Assembly: GCA_023205875.1 (NCBI GenBank)
Contig: CP060764.1
Location: 124,001-188,000, forward strand
Direction: 5' to 3'
DNA: 64,000 nucleotides
From: Chloropicon primus
Taxonomy: Eukaryota
In this document: piece by piece, positions 47,702 through 56,368 of the stretch
How the letters are laid out: every line of letters begins with the position of its first letter
How positions within the stretch are numbered: the first letter of the stretch is position 1
Program-made: the position numbers and the translations under genes
Notes under the pieces: model-generated
Told to the model about the DNA's origin: nothing
Database searches by the model: none
Seen by the model: only the letters and a program-made list of their open reading frames with translations

Positions 47702-48350
47702 CACAATCTCTCTCTCTCTCTCATCCACCCCTCTTCCACTGTGAAGCGAAACATCGGACGTCTGCATGGTCTCGGCAAGCCTCGGAGGCCTGCGATGCGG
47801 GGAGGCGTCGTTCGCACCACGCGGCGGTCGTCCTCAGCCTCGAACTTACGTTTGCTTTCATCATAGTCGTCGTCGCTCGCTCCATTGCGTCGTTCGCTCT
47901 CTCCCGACTCGAGCGAGGAAACTGGATGAGGCTGAGCTAATCTCAACCACAATTTCAGGAGAGAGAGATCCTCCTCCTCCATCATTGACTGATGTCAAAG
48001 ACAAGCCCGTTACCGTTGTGCATGGACCAAGGCTATGTGGCATGACCTGCTTTCGCAATCGAGCACGTGCTTGCTACTTCTCCTCCTCTCTCTCTCTCTC
48101 TCTCTGTCTGTCTTTGCGTCATGTCAAGCCAAGCCGTTACCTTTGTGCAGGGACCAAAGGCTTGTGGGTTTGACATGTGCAGCTCGTGCAAGCGAGGGCG
48201 TGCATGATGGGTCTTGGAGTGTGTGCGTATTTGTGCGTTGGCACGAAAGCTGCTTTCACAACAAGGATGTAATGTACAGGACGGAGTCCCTGCTCTTTAT
48301 AGCACTACTGCAAACAAACTTCAACAATATGATTATAATGGTTTCGGACT

Positions 48351-50129
48351 CTAGGAAAACGCTGTGGTCGTGACGTGGATGTCGAGATTCACGAGGTGCT
48401 TTCGTATGTCAAGCAGGGCCTTCCTCTCCAGCTCCTCGTCCATGTGGTCGAAGCCGCCCTGCTGAATGTGCTCGGTGAGGGATTTGAAGACCAGGGACTT
48501 CTCCATGAGCACGTCGCTCGCGAGGTCCGCGGGGGCAGAGTCGGGGGACTCCCCTGCTCCTGACTCAGGTTCGAGGCTGTAAAGATCCAGGGAAGAGGTG
48601 GAGGCTCTCTCCTCTTCGTTGCCCTCCTTCTTCTCGTCCCCGGCAGCCGCGTGAGTTCGCATGACAGCACACAGACTCTTCTCCACGGTGAAGACCAGGT
48701 TCGCGGTGGCCCCGAGGCGTATGTCTGCGCCAGCAGGCTTGAACTCGTCCAAGTCCAAGACCGAGACCAGCTCGGAGGGCTCCTCCTCGTCCCCGCTGGT
48801 GGTGCCGTGCAGGATCCAGCGCCTCTTCGACTTGGTGTTGTCCACATCGATGTTCGAGGCCACGAAGGGCAGAATGATTCTCTTCGAGATTTTCTTCGAG
48901 TCCACGTCGTACACGCTCATTGACCTGTCGCTCGCCGTGCAGCTGATCGCAAGGCCATCCCTCCCGCCCTTCCTCGTGACCTTCATGGCCGTCGGGTAGC
49001 AGTCCTTGTGCAGGAAAGAGAGGTGGTCCCTGTAAAACATGTTCCAGAGGGAGACAAAACCCTTTTTGGATCCGATCAGAAGCAAGTCGCTCTCCGCGTC
49101 GAAGGCGACGCAAGAGATCGGGAAGGGGAGGCTCCAAGTCGAGTTCTTCCCCTCCACCGTGCTGATCGATCCGGTGAATTCTTTGCAGAGCTGCTTGAAC
49201 ACAAGGATGGTCCCGTCCTCGTTCCAGACCAAGATGCCGACGTCTACCCCAGCCGCATCGCAGACCCAAGCGTAGCACAAGTTGCTCAGGCTTTGCTCAA
49301 AGAAGGACTCGGAGCTGCTCTTGTCGAAGGTGCCGGCGTCCACGAGCTCGTGGGCGTAGGTCGGAGGCCGCTCCTCCGCCTCCGCTTCGCTCGAGGTGGC
49401 GCCCTCCTTCTCCTCCCCCTCGGCTCCCTCCTCGCCCTCTTCCGTCTTCTCCGGCTCCTTTTCCACCGTGCTGACCTCATAGAAGCTGATCTCTGCCTCT
49501 GCGTCCACCACGAAGAGGCTGATGAAGCGCCTGTTGGGAGACAGCTTGAGCTCGAACTTTGTTTGCTCGGATTCCGGTTCCCTGACATGGGTTTGGCTGA
49601 CCTTCTCGAATTCTGGAAACTTTTTCATGATGGTGGTGGGTTCACCTCCTTCCTCCGCCGCTTCCCCCTCCTCACCGTCCTTGGCGCCGGCACCAGCGTC
49701 AACCTCGGCCTCCACTTCCCTCTCCACCTGAATGATTTTGTACAGGGCCAAGCTGCCATAGGTGTACACGCAGAAGAGCTCCTCACCGTTATCGCCCGTG
49801 TAACACACAATCGCTTGAATCTCTCCGGACTCGAGGTCTTGGGAAAGCACCTGGCTACCGTCATCCATGTCGAACAAGGTCACCTTTCCGCTCTTGTACC
49901 CAGCAGCAGCCTGCTTCGAGTCGGACGTCGTGGCATAGCAAGAGCAGCCCTCTCCGAGCTCCAGCGTCTTGGCGGACTCTCTCTCCGACAGGCCGTAGAC
50001 TTTGTCCGCCTTCTCCCTCTCCAAGCATTCCTCAATCGCGCCCTCAACCACCTGGGCCACGATCTTGTCGAGCATCCGATACGGTTGTGGCAGTATGTCC
50101 ACCAAGTTATCAGGGTCCTCGGCAATCAT
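48351..50129 (-). CDS. WDR93: WD-repeat protein 93-like (ciliary)
   Basis: The N-terminal DPD.LVDILPQPYRMLDKIV and WSLPFPISC motifs match my recollection of WDR93. Degenerate WD repeats. Confidence 0.65.
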   Translation of the reverse strand: MIAEDPDNLVDILPQPYRMLDKIVAQVVEGAIEECLEREKADKVYGLSERESAKTLELGEGCSCYATTSDSKQAAAGYKSGKVTLFDMDDGSQVLSQDLESGEIQAIVCYTGDNGEELFCVYTYGSLALYKIIQVEREVEAEVDAGAGAKDGEEGEAAEEGGEPTTIMKKFPEFEKVSQTHVREPESEQTKFELKLSPNRRFISLFVVDAEAEISFYEVSTVEKEPEKTEEGEEGAEGEEKEGATSSEAEAEERPPTYAHELVDAGTFDKSSSESFFEQSLSNLCYAWVCDAAGVDVGILVWNEDGTILVFKQLCKEFTGSISTVEGKNSTWSLPFPISCVAFDAESDLLLIGSKKGFVSLWNMFYRDHLSFLHKDCYPTAMKVTRKGGRDGLAISCTASDRSMSVYDVDSKKISKRIILPFVASNIDVDNTKSKRRWILHGTTSGDEEEPSELVSVLDLDEFKPAGADIRLGATANLVFTVEKSLCAVMRTHAAAGDEKKEGNEEERASTSSLDLYSLEPESGAGESPDSAPADLASDVLMEKSLVFKSLTEHIQQGGFDHMDEELERKALLDIRKHLVNLDIHVTTTAFS

Positions 50130-50527
50130 CTTGCTTTCACCCGTGGCCAAGGAAACGAAAACTGGAGGGTTCTCTCCAACTGAAATCAAAGCCGATGGGA
50201 CGTCACGACACACCCACACCTCTACCTCTGCTTTCGTAACGCCTTTCCTTCCCCTCCAGTCGCCTGGAACCAGTCTCGGGCCTAAGTACCTGACTCGCAA
50301 ACAACGCAGAACTCAAGCTTGAGTTGTGTTGGAAGGATTCCGAAACTTTTGGGGCAAGAAAGCGTCGAATTCCGAATCCAAGGCGAGGAAAGGGCAATGC
50401 CTTGACCCCTCGATTGTCTTGCTCTCCTCACGACCTCCCTTTGCCTGTCTGGACTCCGTCTTGGGTTCCAGCCTCACACAGGTTTGCTTTGACTTGGGGA
50501 CAAAGGTTCAAAATTGGCTTTCGTCCT

Positions 50528-50558
50528 GTTTTTAGGTTTTTAGGTTTTAGGTTTTAGG
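50528..50558. repeat. Interstitial telomere-like (TTTTAGG)x4 in the WDR93/B9D2 divergent promoter
   Basis: gtttttaggtttttaggttttaggttttagg read directly. Confidence 0.85.
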
Positions 50559-50807
50559 CTGGAATTTCTTCCCGCCAGAATTCGCTTCAGGGGCCAAGCC
50601 ATGGCGAACGAGACGAGGAGCTAAGGGGAGCTAAGGGCAGTGTTCGTTCGACATCATCAAGAAGAGGAAGTCCTTTGGCATCATCCCATCTCATTCCATT
50701 CCATCACGCTTGTCCATCTTTGTGGGATTGGTTCGAGAACAACGCACACACGCAACCGAGCTCCGCTCCGAGGTTTGGCGTGGACTTGTTTTCCCTTTTG
50801 AGGAAAC

Positions 50808-51748
50808 ATGGCGGAGGTACACATCTTAGGACAGATAGTGGGCGGGAGCAACTTCAGCAACAAGAACATTTTCTGCAAGGTAAGCGAGCGACTCCCTCCC
50901 TCCCTCTCCCTCTCCCTCTCTCTCTCTCTTTCTCTTCTGCCTGCTCGGCTCCAAAGGCGGCACCTTTGTTTGTCCCGAGAAAGCGAGAGTACTGACACAA
51001 GTCGCGGTGCAGTGGGGAGTTCAAACCGGGCAAAACTTCGAGCTGGTGGAGGGGATCACCGAAGGGCAGACTCAGATTGACCACCCCTTCGAGGATGAGA
51101 TGGCTGTATGGGCGCAACCACTGGATGTCCACTTTGCTTGCAGGGTAAGTCAACTCGCTTGAGTGTGTCTGTCTTGTTCCCAATAGAGTGGCTAACAAAG
51201 CTTGATGCTCCTATCTTTGTCTCCTCTATCCCTCCGGAACCAGGGGGTCACTGGATGGCCAAAGCTGCACTTTCAGGTTTGGAGCCAAGACGTTCATTCC
51301 AGGAACGATATTTGTAAGTTCTCAAGCTCTCCTCCTTCCTTCCTGCATCTCTCTTTCTCGCTTGCTTGCTTTTGCTCTCTCTCTCTCTCTCTCTCTCCCT
51401 GTGTGTGTGTGTGTGTGTGTCTGGCTCCTGCGGGTAGGTCTGACTTGTTCTGTTTTGCTTTCCCTGCTTCTCCTCTCAGGTGGTTACGGGTTCTGTCACG
51501 TCCCCACCTCGCCGGGGATGTTCACCGTCGAGTGTCCTTGCTGGCTTCCAGAGGGAACGGATCTCCAGCAATTGTCGTCTTTCTTTGTTGGCGGGGCACC
51601 GAGGCTGAAGCACGAGGACGTCGTGTACAGTCCCGGCGACAGGTTCAGGCTGATGACAAAGTCGACTGGTGTCATCCACGTGCACTTTCAGCTGGTCCTG
51701 AAGAACTTTGAGAAATATGGAGTGAGGTTCTCGAACGAGGACGTTTAA
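50808..51748 (+). CDS. B9D2: B9 domain-containing protein 2 (ciliary transition zone, MKS module), 4 exons
   Basis: MAEVHILGQIVGGSNF, EGQTQID, VWAQPLDVHF, GWPKLHFQVW, GYGFCHVPTSPG, FVGGAPRLK. Introns ~50880-51012, ~51146-51243, ~51315-51479. Confidence 0.92.
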
Positions 51749-51788
51749 TGAAGGACTCTTGTGTAATTATCAATACAGTACAAACTTC

Positions 51789-53728
51789 TTAAACATCCGC
51801 ATTCGTTTGCGCGGCGATCTCTTCCTCCGTTCGGTCCAGCCGGGTTGCCAGCTCGTTCTGAATCTTTTGGTGCTCCGACGCGATGAAGGACATGTCGATG
51901 TCGATCCCATAGTTCGTCACGATGCCCTTGTTCACGAGATCCTGCTGGCACTGCCTCTCGTAGTCCAGGTCGATCAAGTTGCCGGTGATCAATCCATTCG
52001 CGATGGAATCTGGAATGCCGGCCTCGAGCTCCTCCACCTCGATCGGCGGAGGCGGCGCTTTCTTCTTCTTTGGTGGCGGAGGCGCTTTTTTCTTTTTGTG
52101 CCTCCTCTGCAAGGTCCTGTGCACGGTGCCCGCCCCGTCCTCCTCCGGCATTGCAAGAGCGTCGCTGTCGTCGTTCGGGGAAGAAGAGGGCTTCCCGAGC
52201 ACACTGGAGGCGAGCAGCCTCCTCGCCGTCGGCAGACTGTACCCGTGGTAGTACTTATCCTTCTCCGTGTTCCCCTCGAACATCTCTTGATTCCATTGGG
52301 CGAGGAGCTCTGCCTGTTTCCTCGCATTCGACGTGTCGTCAAAGTACTTTTGGGAAGTGCTGCCGGTGAACCCGAACAGGTCCACCTTCTCGCAGACGTG
52401 CAGCATCATCAGCATCGCTTGGAATCCCGTGGACCCCATCACCTCGTAGTCCTGCCCGGCGTAGGTGCGGTTCTGCTTCGTGCGCAGCCACTGGGCCACT
52501 TGTGGGTGGATGGTGTAGGTGTGAACCTTCTTCTTCAGCTTGAGGAATTCCACGTATTTCTCCATCGTGGCCGCGGCGTGCGTGCACTCGGTGTTCATGT
52601 CGCAGCCATACAGAGGGTCAGCACTCTCGTGATCGAGGTGGATGATCTTCTCCGTTGCGAACTCTCTGAAACCGATCCACTGGGAGGTCACGAACCGTAG
52701 GTGAGTCCTGCTGCCGACGTGGTCCTCGTACCCGTTCACGACGGCTCCGTTCAGCCGAATGATGACGTCGTGGTTGTCGATGATCTTGCTGAGGTTCTGC
52801 TGCATGAGCTGGGAGCTGCTGCCGACCAAGGCGCACGACCGATACAAGTTGCTGCCGATGATCTCTTTGCTGGGAAGCAGCTTCATGATGCTGTCAGTGA
52901 GCGGCAACTTCATCATTTCCATCTTCAGCGACAGTTTCTTCTCATCCTCGCACTCCTTGAAGCTGGAGCAATCCTTCTTGGCCGGGTAGTACCCAAACTC
53001 CAAGACCGGGGTGACGTGCTTGCCGTACTTGTCCTCCAGCGAGTTCTGGCTCAGCGTGAAGGGGAAGTTGCTGGTCTCGTTGAAAGGGATCTTCCAAGGC
53101 GCCAGGCAGTCCGGTACCCTCTCTATGCCAGTCTGCCACGATAGGAGCAAGCAAGCAAAACCAAATCGATCAGGTCACTCAAAGCGTCAGTCTTTCTTCC
53201 TTCCTTCACACACACACACACAGACAGACAGACAGACACACATCTCTCTCTCTCTGTTTGCCTGTCTCGAGTGATGCAATGCACACATACCTTGCAATCG
53301 TATCCCGTGTAAAAGACTGGGCATGCTTCTACCTCGCACGTGCAAGCCTTCTCCCTTGCGAGGCGAACGTTTAATGCGCACTCCGCGGTCAGTGACTTCT
53401 TGGTCAGGCCCTCGCCATTCTGTTCCTCGCTGAACACCTGGGGGTTCACCGTCATGTGAAAGTCTCTCTCGAGATCTTCCAGCTTAAGCGTCAGCCTGTC
53501 GTGGTCTCTCTTGGATTCCCTCAAGGCGTTCTGCTGCACGAGGGACTGGTTTCTGAAGTACTCCACCTCCAGGAGCAGCTCAAGCTCCGGTTCGTTTGGC
53601 AGAGCCTTCAACACAGTTGGGTCTATCTGTATGCTCACAGGATGCTTTCCCGATCGGATGAAAACTTCTTCGAACAGGATGGCGACCATGAAGCCCACCA
53701 AGGCGCTCAGCCAACTGAAGTTTCCCAT
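51789..53728 (-). CDS. GT29 sialyltransferase-like Golgi type II membrane protein; intron 53133-53290
   Basis: Sialylmotif L (CALVGSS...IDNHDVIIRLN...EDHVGSRT), motif S (STGFQAMLMMLHVCEKVDLFGF), motif III (KYFD). N-terminal TM in exon 1. Confidence 0.88.
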
Positions 53729-54482
53729 CTTTGCTACCACCGCCAGTCACTCTTCTCAATCAATCAATCAATCAATGACGCGTGCAAGCAGGCAGCAGCG
53801 TCGTCACCGCAGCCAGTCGTCGGTGAGGTACGACAGAGAGCAAGCCAAGGCCAGCAAGCCAAGGCCAGGAAGGAACGATCAAGGCCAGGAAGGAAGGAAG
53901 GGATGTCGTCGTATCACCTTTGTATTCTCGCCAGTGACGTCAATTGTTCGGGACAGCCTCCATCGTATCTTGCGTATCGTTAATCACAACCCAAGAAGCT
54001 GGAAGCTGGAAGCTGGAAGCTGGACGACGGATCTTTCTCCGTCATGGCGTCATCCAAGCACCCGGTGGTGGTGCTCCATCACGGACCATTGGAAAGATCA
54101 CGATGTCCTCTTTCGAACCGTACCTCCCTCTCCTCCCTCCTCGGGTCCCTCCTGTCACGAGACCTCGTCTCGTCCATCACCATGCATGCCATCGCATCTC
54201 CATTGACTGCTGATTCGGCAAGAAGCGGCTTCAGAAGAGCGTCCAGAGGCTGGCGGCTAGAGAGAGCGAGAGCGAGAGAGAGAGAGCAAGCGACGACGAC
54301 GACGACGACGAGGAAGAGAGAGAGAGTGGCGAGGAAGACTTCGTGAGGTGATCGAATTTCTTTCTTCTCCGTTTGGATTCGAGTTGCGCCGAGAGGAGCA
54401 AGCGTCAAAGGTTTTTGTTTTAGTTTTAGGCTTAGGTGATCCACTCGCTTCCTTTTTAGGCTAGGCGTAGAATTAGAGAAAG

Positions 54483-55859
54483 ATGGAGACCGTTTTTCCC
54501 ATGGCGAGGACTCCGTTGGAGAAGGCGGATCCCGAGGTGCACGCCCTGATCGAGGAGGAGAGGGCAAGGCAGAGGAGCGGTATCGAGCTCATCGCGAGCG
54601 AGAACTTCACTTCCCTTGGAGTGATGCAAGCGTTGGGAAGTCCATTGACGAACAAGTACTCGGAGGGTCTTCCCGGTGCGAGGTACTACGGGGGAAACGA
54701 GGTGATCGACAAGGTGGAGAACCTCTGCAAGAAGAGGGCCCTCGAGGCCTTCGACCTCGACGGAGAGAAGTGGGGGGTGAATGTGCAGCCATATTCTGGA
54801 AGTCCTGCGAACTTCGCCGTGTACACGGCTTTGCTGAACCCTCACGACAGGGTGATGGGTCTTGACTTGCCTAGCGGCGGCCACCTCACCCACGGGTACT
54901 ACACCAAGGGCGGGAAGAAGATCTCCGCGACTTCCATCTACTTCGAGTCCTTGCCATACAAGGTGAACAAGGACACCGGGTACATCGACTACGACAAGCT
55001 CGAGGAGAAGGCTTTGGACTTCAGGCCAAAGATGATTCTTTGCGGCGGGAGCGCTTACCCAAGGGACTGGGACTACGCCAGATTTAGGTCCATCGCAGAC
55101 AAGGTCGGGGCGTTCCTCGTGGCGGACATGGCTCACATCAGCGGGCTGGTGGCGACCAAGGAGGCCGCTTCTCCCTTCGAGTACTGTGACATTGTCACGA
55201 GCACCACCCACAAGAGTCTTAGGGGCCCGAGGAGCGGAATCATTTTCTTCAGGAAGGGTCCAATTGAAGGCAAGGAGGGAGCCCTGTACGACTACGAGGA
55301 CAAGATTAACTTCGCCGTCTTCCCATCCCTCCAGGGAGGTCCACATAACCACCAGATTGGCGCCCTCTGCGTCGCGCTCAAGCAGGCCAAGGACCCCGCC
55401 TTCAAGACCTACATTCAGCACGTCAAGAAGAACGCCGTCGCCCTCGCCGAGTACCTGAATTCCAAGGGCTACGACCTCGTGACCGGCGGCACGGAGAACC
55501 ACTTGATTCTGTGGAACTTGAGGCCGCAGGGTCTCACCGGGAACAAGATGGAGCTCGTCGCCGACTTGGCTCACATCACTTTGAACAAGAACGCCGTCTT
55601 CGGTGACTCGAGCGCCCTGTCGCCAGGAGGCGTCCGCATCGGCATGCCTGCCATGACGAGTCGTGGTTGCGGCACCGAAGACTTTGTCAAAATCGGGGAG
55701 TTCTTGCACGAGGTCGTCGAAATTTGCCTGGAGCTCCAAGCCGAGCACGGCAAGAAGATGGTCGACTTCAAGAAGGGCCTCCCGGGCAACGCCAAGATCG
55801 AGGACCTCAAGAAGCGTGTCCACGAGTGGGCCTCCCACTTTGGCATGCCAGGAATCTAA
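54483..55859 (+). CDS. SHMT: Serine hydroxymethyltransferase (cytosolic type)
   Basis: [42 protein letters not shown] (PLP lysine), [10 protein letters not shown]. Confidence 0.98.
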   Translation: METVFPMARTPLEKADPEVHALIEEERARQRSGIELIASENFTSLGVMQALGSPLTNKYSEGLPGARYYGGNEVIDKVENLCKKRALEAFDLDGEKWGVNVQPYSGSPANFAVYTALLNPHDRVMGLDLPSGGHLTHGYYTKGGKKISATSIYFESLPYKVNKDTGYIDYDKLEEKALDFRPKMILCGGSAYPRDWDYARFRSIADKVGAFLVADMAHISGLVATKEAASPFEYCDIVTSTTHKSLRGPRSGIIFFRKGPIEGKEGALYDYEDKINFAVFPSLQGGPHNHQIGALCVALKQAKDPAFKTYIQHVKKNAVALAEYLNSKGYDLVTGGTENHLILWNLRPQGLTGNKMELVADLAHITLNKNAVFGDSSALSPGGVRIGMPAMTSRGCGTEDFVKIGEFLHEVVEICLELQAEHGKKMVDFKKGLPGNAKIEDLKKRVHEWASHFGMPGI

Positions 55860-56205
55860 AAAAATAGAATGCATTCACCCGACTCGGTTATTTCAATGCG
55901 TGATATGCCTCGTCATCCCTCTTTCCAAACCCAAACCCAAGCCAACCAACCATTGGAGCCAACCAACCATTGGAGCAGCATGCAACGGAACAAGCCACAC
56001 CAACACCGAACCTTCTCCTCGTCTCCATCTTCTGTAAGATCAAATCTCATCTCTTATGGTGTTCAGACATCAGATCAAAAACAGCACACAGAAAAGTCAC
56101 GAAAGGACGGTAGGGAAATCACAGTCAATACTGGAAGCACAAAGGCAAGTTCTCCTTTCCACTGAAAGAGAGAAACACGGAGAGAAACACGGGACAAGAC
56201 CGGCC

Positions 56206-56368
56206 ACTAACTTACCTGTTAGTTTTCTGCAAAGGTCGTTTCACCGAGTTTGTAAGTTTCTCGGCAGGGTAATTCGGCCCTACCACGACCATTCCACCGT
56301 ACATGAACGAATACTTCCGCCCACGCACGGCAGCCCGTACTAACAAACGTATGTGCAACCCTGAGGAG
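56206..56368 (-). ncRNA. Candidate Fanzor omegaRNA scaffold (boundaries approximate)
   Basis: Lies just 3' of the Fanzor stop. Nested complementary stems: 56325-56340 hairpin; 56285-56290/56234-56239 closing 56278-56284/56263-56269 and 56260-56264/56244-56248; 56206-56223 hairpin. Confidence 0.55.
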
